DNA of 64,000 nt from a phage, in the sequence record PZ445487.1; one strand, given 5' to 3'. Shown here in pieces: positions 1-8,534 of this stretch; within the stretch, counting starts at the first letter, position 1, and each line of letters starts with the position of its first letter. The position numbers were made by a program, and so were the translations under genes. The notes below the pieces were generated by a model. That model was not told the DNA's origin and searched no databases. It saw only the letters and a list, made by a program, of their open reading frames with translations.

Positions 1-32
1 AACTCGTCGTTGCCCTGCGCAAGTAACTGAAG

Positions 33-59
33 ATCCCCAACAAACGTTGGGGATTTTTA
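33..59 (+). terminator. rho-independent terminator
   Basis: Hairpin ATCCCCAAC..GTTGGGGAT followed by TTTTT. Confidence 0.6.
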
Positions 60-69
60 CTTTTAGGGG

Positions 70-98
70 TTTACTTCTATAAGGCAAATGCGTATTAT
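70..98 (+). promoter_or_regulatory. early sigma70-type promoter (GTTTAC-N17-TATTAT)
   Basis: -35 at 70-75, -10 at 93-98, directly after terminator hairpin 33-59. Confidence 0.5.
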
Positions 99-129
99 TC
101 AATAACTGGCGAACGATGGGTTCACCAGG

Positions 130-152
130 TTGAAAGGTAAGATTATATCATG
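130..152 (+). repeat. conserved early 5' leader motif (degenerate copy)
   Basis: TTGAAAGGTAAGATTATATCATG. Confidence 0.45.
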
Positions 153-389
153 AAGAACAAAATGGTAGAAACTTCAGTGGAGATTGATCGTAATTGGGGC
201 TTGCTCCGCGCTAAAGGGTTCCGTCGTGTGTATGCGACCAAAGAAGTATATGCCCAGCGCCGCGATGTTATCATCAGCAAGAAGGGAAAAGATTGGGTTG
301 CCGAAGAAGTCGATGTCGAAACAGGCGTCGTCGGAAAGGTGAAAGCCAAGGCCGCGATCCTCTTCGCTCTTCTGAAGCACATCAGTTAA
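150..389 (+). CDS. hypothetical protein
   Basis: ORF track; ATG preceded by conserved early leader (130-152) and early promoter at 70-98. Confidence 0.5.
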   Translation: MKNKMVETSVEIDRNWGLLRAKGFRRVYATKEVYAQRRDVIISKKGKDWVAEEVDVETGVVGKVKAKAAILFALLKHIS

Positions 390-404
390 TTCTATAACTT
401 AGGG

Positions 405-420
405 TGGGGTATGATTACCC
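405..420 (+). other. intergenic stem-loop without T tract (possible RNA processing/stability element)
   Basis: GGGGTA-TGAT-TACCCC immediately upstream of conserved leader. Confidence 0.4.
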
Positions 421-426
421 CGCCTA

Positions 427-451
427 TTTGAAATGAAGGAAATACATCATG
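427..451 (+). repeat. conserved early 5' leader / translation-initiation motif (copy)
   Basis: TTTGAAATGAAGGAAATACATCATG; matches copies at 130-152, 985-1010, 3174-3201, 16259-16283, 22143-22169, 28559-28583. Confidence 0.6.
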
Positions 452-955
452 ACCGATCAACAAATTCAAGATTTATTTTACCTCGTCCATGATAAGTCCC
501 ACATCATGCGCCCTGGCACTGTTTCCCCTGCCATCCGTGGTCTGGTGCAAGAATTACGCGAACCGCAGATGACCACACTTTATCGCGGGTTGCCTAAAGA
601 GGACGTTGCGCGTTTGGAGATGATGTTTGAACGAGGAGACATGTTTCAGACATGGGATTCTTGTCTTAGTTTCAGCGAACTGAAGCATGTGGCCAAACAA
701 TTTTCTAAATCGTATGGAACCAAAGCTGTTGCCCGCATTTGTTATAAACATCGAAACGGACTCCCAGAGGGGCTTAATGTCTTTGGTTCTCTAGAAAAAT
801 TTGTGAACAAAGGCGATGAATCAGAAATGGATATGCTGGACTTGGCGTCCATGGAGAAAGAATGGATATTCTGTCAGCCTCGCGTCTTCCCAGTTTCAAG
901 AAAAATGGCAACAGATGGGACGATGGTTTTTACCGTATCACTTGTTACCCTATAA
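449..955 (+). CDS. hypothetical protein
   Basis: ORF track; conserved leader 427-451 immediately upstream. Confidence 0.55.
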   Translation: MTDQQIQDLFYLVHDKSHIMRPGTVSPAIRGLVQELREPQMTTLYRGLPKEDVARLEMMFERGDMFQTWDSCLSFSELKHVAKQFSKSYGTKAVARICYKHRNGLPEGLNVFGSLEKFVNKGDESEMDMLDLASMEKEWIFCQPRVFPVSRKMATDGTMVFTVSLVTL

Positions 956-961
956 ACCCAC

Positions 962-983
962 GGCGGGGTATCTTTGCCCCGCC
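962..983 (+). other. intergenic stem-loop without T tract
   Basis: GGCGGGG-loop-CCCCGCC immediately upstream of conserved leader. Confidence 0.4.
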
Positions 984-984
984 C

Positions 985-1010
985 ATTTGAAATGAAGGAA
1001 CTATATCATG
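985..1010 (+). repeat. conserved early 5' leader motif (copy)
   Basis: TTTGAAATGAAGGAACTATATCATG, near-identical to 427-451. Confidence 0.6.
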
Positions 1011-1286
1011 ACAGATCAAAGAAGTATTGCTCGTTCGGAAATCAAAGATATTATACAGAGCAAAACCAACGAAACTCATGCTCAATCCAGAATGCTATCT
1101 CGATTTGTTGAAATTAAGTTTGACATTGAAGAGAATAACAATCGGAGAGCGCTGGAGGGAATGTTGGCGATTATCTTGGGCCATGTCACCAATTCAGCAT
1201 ACGACATGGATGATTTAACTCGTTTGTTGAACGCCCAGAATAACGTTGGGAATTCTGTTCGCGAATTGCTGTTTAAGTCCGAATGA
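1008..1286 (+). CDS. hypothetical protein
   Basis: ORF track; conserved leader 985-1010 upstream. Confidence 0.55.
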   Translation: MTDQRSIARSEIKDIIQSKTNETHAQSRMLSRFVEIKFDIEENNNRRALEGMLAIILGHVTNSAYDMDDLTRLLNAQNNVGNSVRELLFKSE

Positions 1287-1323
1287 ACTAACTAAGGGAT
1301 AATCCTATATCCCGAGGTGTGTC

Positions 1324-1773
1324 ATGTTCCTTACATCCTTTATTGACTGGATGAATATCATAAATGGCCTGAGGATTCCTGTTGGGAACCTCGGGCTTTC
1401 TCGTTCTTCTATGCCGCAAATCGATGCCGACAAACAAGAAGATTTTCACAAATATCTTGAAGACAACGGCGTGTCCATAGATGCTGCGCAAGTGCCCATC
1501 AAAATGCTTCGTCTTACCCAGAACGAAATCAATAAAATGAAGGTCTGGAAGATTATGAAGCAGATCAGAAATAAGAAGCCCATGGGTCGAGTTTGGGTGT
1601 CTTCTGACAATTACGTTGTTGACGGGTCTCACCGATTTGTCGCTGCGTTGAACATGGACGGCAAACAGCGCATGAAGGTCTACAAAGTTGATTTGCCAGC
1701 GATGGAATTTGTTAAACTCGCTAAACAGTTTCAGGGTGTGCGATACAGAACGGTCTCAGATTCGAGATACTAA
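1324..1773 (+). CDS. ParB/sulfiredoxin-like nuclease-domain protein (putative)
   Basis: ORF track; motif VVDGSHRFVAAL resembles ParB N-terminal GxxRxxAA box; RBS GAGGTG upstream. Confidence 0.45.
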   Translation: MFLTSFIDWMNIINGLRIPVGNLGLSRSSMPQIDADKQEDFHKYLEDNGVSIDAAQVPIKMLRLTQNEINKMKVWKIMKQIRNKKPMGRVWVSSDNYVVDGSHRFVAALNMDGKQRMKVYKVDLPAMEFVKLAKQFQGVRYRTVSDSRY

Positions 1774-1774
1774 T

Positions 1775-2050
1775 ATGGACGTCTATTCAGAACTTATCGA
1801 AATAGGAGCGAAACGTCATTTCGTAAACAAATATCTTTCGCTCATTTCTTCTTTTAGTCATTACCAAGGCGTCGGGGAGAAGCACCTATTGAAAGGTAAG
1901 ACGAGAGGGGAAGCCCTGAAACAAGTATTCGGTTCCAATGACGCAGAAATTTGGGCACAGGTTCGGCCAATTATTCTACGGTTGGATAACGGTTGGGACC
2001 CTTTAACTTGCGAAAAATGGGTTAATCGTTATGGGGTGGAATACCAGTAA
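1775..2050 (+). CDS. hypothetical protein
   Basis: Internal ATG of ORF 1688..2050 placed just after stop of previous gene; weak RBS. Confidence 0.4.
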   Translation: MDVYSELIEIGAKRHFVNKYLSLISSFSHYQGVGEKHLLKGKTRGEALKQVFGSNDAEIWAQVRPIILRLDNGWDPLTCEKWVNRYGVEYQ

Positions 2051-2144
2051 ACCACCCGTTTCTGAATACGATAGTTTATTGAAACCCTTTACTCAACATG
2101 GTGACAGCCCTATCATTTTATCCAATGAAATAAGGAGAATCACC

Positions 2145-2834
2145 ATGAAACGTTTAATCATCGGGGTTGTGCTGGCTGGTCTGGCACTTCCTGCCACCGC
2201 CAAGCTGAATTCCACGGGTGAAAAACTGTGGTCTGATCTTTCCTACTGTGCTGGGTTCTCCCAAGCCGTCGCTATAGACAAAACTGGTTCCATAGAGAAC
2301 TTTGCTGAACTCTGGACCACAGGTAATGTCACAGATGCCGTTGTAAATGCTGGTATTGAGTTTAATCGATATAAGCAAGGCGCGTTCAACCTGAAAGGAT
2401 ATATGAACGACAAAGAATTTAACCGAGGAGGCATGGAGGCGAGCGATCTTATTATGACTGGTCGTATGGGCACACAAGGACGAATGACCGTAAGACAGTG
2501 CCGTTCTCTTCCTTCTCCAGCATTACAAAAAGGTGTGCAGGTTGGCCGACGTCAGCTGGATCTCATCAATGATGGCAACCAATGTATCCGAGTATTTGAA
2601 TACAGTGCTGATCAAGAATCAGATCGACGTTTGAAAAAGGAATGGCGGACTCGCGCCCTTGGCCTGAGAGCATGGCTGGTGGAAAATGATCATTATTATG
2701 AAGACCGTGTTCAGAATGGTTTGAAAGATCTTTCCACTAATTTGTCTGTCAATCTTGATGATCCCAGGCTTGCCCGTGAACTCAAGCAAACAAGAATTGA
2801 CTGTGATAATATGATGAAGGAGAACGAAAGATGA
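2145..2834 (+). CDS. secreted/periplasmic hypothetical protein
   Basis: ATG with AAGGAGAA RBS; N-terminal signal peptide MKRLIIGVVLAGLALPATA. Confidence 0.55.
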   Translation: MKRLIIGVVLAGLALPATAKLNSTGEKLWSDLSYCAGFSQAVAIDKTGSIENFAELWTTGNVTDAVVNAGIEFNRYKQGAFNLKGYMNDKEFNRGGMEASDLIMTGRMGTQGRMTVRQCRSLPSPALQKGVQVGRRQLDLINDGNQCIRVFEYSADQESDRRLKKEWRTRALGLRAWLVENDHYYEDRVQNGLKDLSTNLSVNLDDPRLARELKQTRIDCDNMMKENER

Positions 2835-3151
2835 GAAACATAATATTCTTGTTATTCTTTTCTATGTTGGCATCATTCCAAGTTGTGGCAACTCCGGCTA
2901 GCAAATTGAATATGTGTGCGGCCTGGTTGTCTACTTATCAACAATTTCACCCTGATGATAAAGATACATCCATCCTTTTATCAGATTATGAAGGTGAGTT
3001 GAAACGCCTTGATCTCTACAGCGTGGATCAAATAGAGAATGCTTTGGATTTGCCAATGATGGAGTCCGCTGCCGACAATAGCAAACAGACGATCAAAGAT
3101 CTGACTATGTGTCGGGAAATAGCGACTAATTTCGTTGGAAATCAAAGATAA
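2831..3151 (+). CDS. secreted hypothetical protein
   Basis: ATGA overlap with upstream gene; hydrophobic signal-like N-terminus MRNIIFLLFFSMLASFQVVA. Confidence 0.5.
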   Translation: MRNIIFLLFFSMLASFQVVATPASKLNMCAAWLSTYQQFHPDDKDTSILLSDYEGELKRLDLYSVDQIENALDLPMMESAADNSKQTIKDLTMCREIATNFVGNQR

Positions 3152-3198
3152 TTTTCAGGTTAAAATTTAACTTCCATTGAACTGAAAGGAAATACTTC

Positions 3199-3993
3199 GT
3201 GATGATTATTACCAAAAAGATCGCCGAATCGATCATTGAAAAGAATAAGATGTTCGCGCCCAACAAAGCAAAGGTCATTCTGATTCACGAAGACGGACGC
3301 GTCATCTTCGCTGAAAAGTTCGAGCAGGGTTGTGCTTTCTGGTTCGCAGACACTATGCGCGAAAGCAAGCTGCAGGGCATCATCTATAAACTGACTCTGG
3401 TTGCCAAGCGCAATGATCAGGGTGATTGGGTTACGGTTTGTGATTTCAGCTCCAAGGTTGATACTCGACCAAAATCTCGCCAAGAGAGAATTCTGGAAGC
3501 TCAGGAAAAACTTGTTGCTGCTCGTACTTCACCAGTCGTTAAGCCCGCAGTCATCTCCCCTTCTATTGATCTGCCGCCTGTCAGCCAAAAGGCTGTTGAG
3601 CAATATGCAGAAAAACGAAAAGAAGAACCCGTGAAGTCTCCAGTTGAGAATAAAGAAGAATCTGAATTTATTTCAATCAGGCAATTATGCCCGCAAGAAA
3701 GGCGATTTTCTTCACCAAATGATTTATTCGTGTCTTTCCGGTCTAATGGGAAGATTATATTGTGCAAAACCCTACGGGAACAATTGCAGTGGCCTAACAT
3801 CAATATGATGGTGAGTCGGAACTTCAAACGATTCGCAATCGGTGAAGGTAAAGATTATCCTGTTAATAAGAGCGGAACATATGCAAATCGTCATATGTGC
3901 GACAAATTGTCTTTCCCAAACGATTCTGGCACTATTCGTGTTCGTTTAGAATGGGATGAAAGTTTGAACATGTATGTCGGTGATATAAAATAA
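3199..3993 (+). CDS. hypothetical protein
   Basis: ORF track; GTG/ATG start aligned with degenerate conserved leader 3174-3201. Confidence 0.5.
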   Translation: MMIITKKIAESIIEKNKMFAPNKAKVILIHEDGRVIFAEKFEQGCAFWFADTMRESKLQGIIYKLTLVAKRNDQGDWVTVCDFSSKVDTRPKSRQERILEAQEKLVAARTSPVVKPAVISPSIDLPPVSQKAVEQYAEKRKEEPVKSPVENKEESEFISIRQLCPQERRFSSPNDLFVSFRSNGKIILCKTLREQLQWPNINMMVSRNFKRFAIGEGKDYPVNKSGTYANRHMCDKLSFPNDSGTIRVRLEWDESLNMYVGDIK

Positions 3994-4005
3994 TTCAATA
4001 ACATT

Positions 4006-4036
4006 AGGGCGGTTATTATTAAACCGCCTTTTATTT
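4006..4036 (+). terminator. rho-independent terminator
   Basis: Hairpin GGGCGGTT..AACCGCC followed by TTTTATTT. Confidence 0.5.
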
Positions 4037-4050
4037 GAGAGATCTATATT

Positions 4051-4719
4051 ATGAACAACAAGAGCCGTATTATCATCGGGGCTGACCAGGGTAATTTATA
4101 TTTTGAAAGATCTGGTGTTGTCGCCCACGCTATCCTTCCCACTGGAATTTCCGTTTATTGTGTGGAACATCCTGACCCTGCAGTTAAACGTCTTTGCTAT
4201 GTCTCCCGTGAAAATGGACTAATTGTATTGCCAGAAGGCGCGATTATGCGCGCTCGTTTTTGGCCGATCGATTTTAATTCCATGAGCAATAGGGAGATCG
4301 ACGCCCGTTTCTTCGTACATAATATGAACCGGACTCTGAAAAATGAAACTCAGAGAGTTGTTCATTTCGACAATGAAACTCATGGAGTGACGTTAGAATT
4401 CAGAACTCGTGGTGAAGCTCTTCAGGTGAAGAAATCAAGCTGGAAAACTGAAGGGACGTTCACATATGATTATGCGTTAATCGACAAATTGTGTAATCAG
4501 TTTCGCATTAGCCTGACTGCCAACGACGATTTAGGTCAGTATGTTGTATGGACAGCCCGTTCACCACATATGAACGGTATCATGATGGAGAGTGAAACTC
4601 GTAATCGCGCTGTGCTCCAACTGCTGCTGTTAGACGCGTATTCTCGCAACCCGTTGGAATATCTGTCTCGGGAACAGATTGATAACGCGCTTTCTCATTG
4701 TAACCGTCTGGAGGTGTAA
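4051..4719 (+). CDS. hypothetical protein
   Basis: ORF track; terminator 4006-4036 and leader-like sequence upstream. Confidence 0.55.
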   Translation: MNNKSRIIIGADQGNLYFERSGVVAHAILPTGISVYCVEHPDPAVKRLCYVSRENGLIVLPEGAIMRARFWPIDFNSMSNREIDARFFVHNMNRTLKNETQRVVHFDNETHGVTLEFRTRGEALQVKKSSWKTEGTFTYDYALIDKLCNQFRISLTANDDLGQYVVWTARSPHMNGIMMESETRNRAVLQLLLLDAYSRNPLEYLSREQIDNALSHCNRLEV

Positions 4720-4720
4720 T

Positions 4721-5008
4721 ATGTCCGGCGTATGGTGTGATGTATTGTTGGTAAGATTTTCAAACGGGATGGATAATCAGATCATTTCATTCTTTTATCC
4801 TGTTCCCTTTTCTTCTATGGGTCTGACTGTCAAGCGCGTTCTTGACATAGAAGAAAAACTCAACACGATGCCGTATATGGCGCGACCACACGTGCTGGGT
4901 TGTGAACTGTTAAACGAAATGATGATTGACGAGAATCTTGTTGAAACAATTATCACGCGTGAACAGATGAAAACCATACTGTCTCAGGGAGAACCCCATG
5001 TCGAATAA
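4721..5008 (+). CDS. hypothetical protein
   Basis: Internal ATG of ORF 4679..5008 with GGAGGTG RBS, placed after stop of previous gene. Confidence 0.45.
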   Translation: MSGVWCDVLLVRFSNGMDNQIISFFYPVPFSSMGLTVKRVLDIEEKLNTMPYMARPHVLGCELLNEMMIDENLVETIITREQMKTILSQGEPHVE

Positions 5009-5318
5009 ACCGTTTGAACTTAAATTTCGCGTTTGGCATATTCCCCAGGTTCCTGGGATCGCTTTTCATGTTGAGGTTCCAACATTTGAAGAAGCGCAGC
5101 GCCTGAAGAATACTCTGGCTGATTATGATTTGTTCCAGTTCAACAACAATATCAAGCCGGATTATTGTAATGCTTCGGGCATTCAGATTTATCAACATGA
5201 TCTGACTGAAGAAGATCTAAATGATATGGGACTGGATGATCGTTGGGTTGATATCGAAGATATTGACGAACTCAACGATTATTTTGATCATCTGCGTAGC
5301 ACAGGGTGGGAAATATGA
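4998..5318 (+). CDS. hypothetical acidic protein
   Basis: ORF track; short overlap with neighbours. Confidence 0.5.
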   Translation: MSNKPFELKFRVWHIPQVPGIAFHVEVPTFEEAQRLKNTLADYDLFQFNNNIKPDYCNASGIQIYQHDLTEEDLNDMGLDDRWVDIEDIDELNDYFDHLRSTGWEI

Positions 5319-5524
5319 TCGGGTTAATCCGTTATCTGTTCATATTCGTAATAACAACATTCATTTTATTTTTCTTTTTCAAATACTTGAAAGAGACTAA
5401 AATCTACCGGAGTAAACGTTGGCGCAAACGGGTGAGGGTAACTTTCCTACTGCTGATTTCTTCGGTTACAATAACTGCACTCACATTGGGTGCTTATATT
5501 TACATTTTTGAAGGAGTACATTGA
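5306..5524 (+). CDS. small membrane protein
   Basis: ORF track; two hydrophobic segments; overlaps downstream SPFH gene start. Confidence 0.45.
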   Translation: MGNMIGLIRYLFIFVITTFILFFFFKYLKETKIYRSKRWRKRVRVTFLLLISSVTITALTLGAYIYIFEGVH

Positions 5525-6315
5525 TGTTCAAGAAACTGGTATTTGGCGCAATTATGGTCCTAGCGGCAAGCCTTCTTTCAGGCTGCGGCGGTGTTATCGA
5601 TGAAGGAAACGTCGGTGTTCGAACCCAATGGGGTGAAGTGGACATGAACCCTGTAACCGCAGGTATCTACACCAGTTTCGTTTCAAGTGTAGATGTCTAT
5701 ACGACTAAAGAAGCCGTCGTGAGTCTGACGAAAATGACGCCAAAGGCCAAAGACAACCTGACCTTGGAAGATCTGGATGTGGACGTTTATTACACACCGA
5801 ACGTCGCGAAGGTTCCTTGGTTCCATACCAAATTTGCAGGTCAGAGCGCTGAACTCGGTGACGGCACGATAGCGGTGGGATTCAACCTGGTTAAAACCGC
5901 CGCAGCATCCTCAACGATGGACGCCGTTTCTTCTTTGGATTCTATGACAATTCACACCCAACGGGCTGAGTTAGAAAAGATGATCAAGGAACGCACCCAG
6001 CAGCAATTAGAAACAGCTGCACCTGGCATGTTCACAATCACACGCGTGTTGGTCAAAAAGGCGCTGACAGATCCTTCGATTGAGCAATCTATCCGTGATA
6101 ATGTCATGGCCGACAAACGTTTGGATACAGCAAGAAAGAACGTTGAAATTCGCGACCAAGAAGCCAAGGCGAATCAGAAACTGACGACATCTCTGACACC
6201 TGAATATTTACAACACGAATATAACATGGTGTTGCAATCTTGCGCCAACAGCGGGAAATGTACTCTGATTGTTGATGGTTCAGGCTCAAGTAAAATGCTA
6301 AACGTCGGCAAATAA
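5524..6315 (+). CDS. SPFH/band-7 domain lipoprotein (putative)
   Basis: Signal peptide with lipobox LLSGC; GNVGVRTQWGEV...P..AGIYTSF resembles HflK/C-stomatin SPFH N-terminal motif; GAAGGAG RBS. Confidence 0.6.
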   Translation: MFKKLVFGAIMVLAASLLSGCGGVIDEGNVGVRTQWGEVDMNPVTAGIYTSFVSSVDVYTTKEAVVSLTKMTPKAKDNLTLEDLDVDVYYTPNVAKVPWFHTKFAGQSAELGDGTIAVGFNLVKTAAASSTMDAVSSLDSMTIHTQRAELEKMIKERTQQQLETAAPGMFTITRVLVKKALTDPSIEQSIRDNVMADKRLDTARKNVEIRDQEAKANQKLTTSLTPEYLQHEYNMVLQSCANSGKCTLIVDGSGSSKMLNVGK

Positions 6316-6398
6316 ACGCTTTATTCAATAATATTTGTTAGGTAAGCTGTAGTCCTCTTGTAGTGAAACATTGTAAACAACTAACTGGAGTAATCCGA

Positions 6399-6677
6399 AT
6401 GAACCGTACTGATTTTATTGCTCACATCGCCCAGACTCAGGGTATGACCAAAGGCGAAGCTGAGAAAATCGTTGCATCTTTTATCAATGGCGTGAAAACT
6501 GCAGTCGCGGCTGGCCAATCTGTCCAATTCGTAGGCTTCGGCGCGTTCGAAGTTAAACATCAGGAAGCGCGCACTGGCCGCAACCCGCTGAACGGACAAC
6601 AGATCCAGATCGAAGCGAAAAATGTAGTTAAATTCAAAGTCGGTGAAGGTCTGAAAGCTGCTGCCAACGGCCAGTAA
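6399..6677 (+). CDS. HU/IHF-family histone-like DNA-binding protein
   Basis: Internal ATG of ORF 6363..6677; motifs GFGAFEV and RTGRNP..G typical of HU beta-arm. Confidence 0.75.
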   Translation: MNRTDFIAHIAQTQGMTKGEAEKIVASFINGVKTAVAAGQSVQFVGFGAFEVKHQEARTGRNPLNGQQIQIEAKNVVKFKVGEGLKAAANGQ

Positions 6678-6736
6678 TCACACCAGGCGTCGGCCCAGCG
6701 CATGTCTGCAGTGCAGCGGCGCAAGGCTAAAAGGAG

Positions 6737-6764
6737 AAGCCGAGGTTAATGCCTCGGCTTTTTC
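6737..6764 (+). terminator. rho-independent terminator after HU-like gene
   Basis: Hairpin AGCCGAGG-TTAAT-GCCTCGGCT followed by TTTTTCG. Confidence 0.65.
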
Positions 6765-6812
6765 GTTGTTGGGATTCGGGTAAACTATAACAGAATCCAA
6801 AGGAGGAACAAC

Positions 6813-8534
6813 GTGACAGCATTTAATCAACACCGAAAGGCGATTGACGCCATAGGCCGTAAGGTTCCTGTGGAAGAAATACAACGCCTTACCAAAGATG
6901 AATTCCCATATGACAAAGCGAACCCAGGCCAGATGGAATGCATCGTCGAAGCCATAGATGCGCTTATCAACAAAAAGGTTAAACATGTCATCATTGAAGC
7001 TCCGACAGGTGTCGGTAAATCTTTGATTGGCACTACCATTCATAAAGTGATTCGCCATCTAGTTTTACAGGCTGATCCTTATGGGCAATTTCGCACTTCT
7101 ATCAGCACCCCGACCAAAGGTCTGCAAGATCAGTATGCTGCTGAAAAGGCGGTGGCGATAGACATCCTAAAAGGCAAGAAGAACTATCGTTGCCACGTAC
7201 ATCCAGATGTGTATTACAATGCTGTCCAATGCCGTATAGCATGCCGTGACGGGCATTGTAGCAAACGCCGCTGTCCTTATGTACAGGCGCGTAATTTGTG
7301 GACGGATATTTCATCATTGCGTTGTACTAATGCTGCCATGATGATCGAAATGTGTACAACCATCTGCATGAAGCCCGAAAACCGTTCCGATATGCTGATC
7401 CTTGACGAGTGCCATAAAATGCCCTCTACGCTCCTAGAGCACACGATCATGGAATACAATACAAAGGCCGTGGAGGGGCTGCGTTCTATCCCTGAGGGCA
7501 AGGAGATCGTCTCTACCATTGGTGATATCGTAGAACGCACCAAGGACTATGTCCTGGGCAAGTTATATTCTTTGTCTGGTGAACTGCATTCAATGTTTGA
7601 AGCCCTCCATCTCAAAGTAGAAAATTTGTTGGAAGTTCTTGAAGAATTGGTCGAAGATGATCGCTTGAGTGAAAGCCAAGTGATGAAACTCGCCGACATT
7701 ATAGATGTCTTGCATAACTTGAGTGATTATTGCGGTATTATGTCACAAACCCAAGCAAGTACATTTATTGTGCAAGATAAGGGGGAAGATTTTATCCGGT
7801 TTAAACCTGTTATGCCTTCTGATGTAAGCGAATTCGGGTTATTCCGAAAAGCCGATTATCACGTTCATATGTCAGCAACGATCTGTGGTATAGATTCATA
7901 TGCTCGTTCATTGGGTATTCGACAGGGGGATTATCATTCCATTCAGATCGGCAACCCTATCCCGATTGAAAACAGAAAAGTCAACTATATGCCCATAGTG
8001 AAGATGACTAACAATATGGGTGACTATGAAATGAAAAGGTTGACGGAATATATTGATGAAATAATCGCGTTCCACCCAGGTCAGTCCGGCATTATCCATA
8101 CAGTGAGTTATGATCGCGCCTTGGCAATACAAAAATTCAGCAAATATCAGAATTTTATCCATGTTCCGCGTACCCGAAAGGCGTTGATGGATATTATGGA
8201 AAATGCTTTTAGAACAAAGTCCCCATGCGTCATTGCCAGTCCGGCTATGGAAGAAGGTTATGATTTCAAAGGGGATTACAGCCGTTTCCAAATACTGATC
8301 AAAGTCCCTTATGATTATCTGGGCGATCCACTGATAGCACATATCAATTCAGTGGATCCGTCGGCATACTTCCGCAATGCAGTACTGCGCATTGTTCAAA
8401 TGTGTGGACGTTCGGTCAGGGGTGTTGATGACTGGGCTGCGACATACATCATTGATTCATCCTTTGAATCTCTTATGATGCGCAACCCAGAATTCTTCCC
8501 AACCTGGTTCACCGATGCAGTGTTTGAGGTTTAA
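6813..8534 (+). CDS. DinG/XPD(Rad3)-type Fe-S helicase
   Basis: GTG start with AGGAGG RBS; Walker A APTGVGKS, DECH box (ILDECHK), Cys cluster CRIACRDGHCSKRRCP between motifs. Confidence 0.7.
   Translation: MTAFNQHRKAIDAIGRKVPVEEIQRLTKDEFPYDKANPGQMECIVEAIDALINKKVKHVIIEAPTGVGKSLIGTTIHKVIRHLVLQADPYGQFRTSISTPTKGLQDQYAAEKAVAIDILKGKKNYRCHVHPDVYYNAVQCRIACRDGHCSKRRCPYVQARNLWTDISSLRCTNAAMMIEMCTTICMKPENRSDMLILDECHKMPSTLLEHTIMEYNTKAVEGLRSIPEGKEIVSTIGDIVERTKDYVLGKLYSLSGELHSMFEALHLKVENLLEVLEELVEDDRLSESQVMKLADIIDVLHNLSDYCGIMSQTQASTFIVQDKGEDFIRFKPVMPSDVSEFGLFRKADYHVHMSATICGIDSYARSLGIRQGDYHSIQIGNPIPIENRKVNYMPIVKMTNNMGDYEMKRLTEYIDEIIAFHPGQSGIIHTVSYDRALAIQKFSKYQNFIHVPRTRKALMDIMENAFRTKSPCVIASPAMEEGYDFKGDYSRFQILIKVPYDYLGDPLIAHINSVDPSAYFRNAVLRIVQMCGRSVRGVDDWAATYIIDSSFESLMMRNPEFFPTWFTDAVFEV

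Noticed and set aside
1688-1774. Upstream extension of ORF 1688..2050
   Set aside because: Overlaps the 3' end of gene 1324-1773 in another frame; internal ATG at 1775 directly after the upstream stop is more parsimonious.
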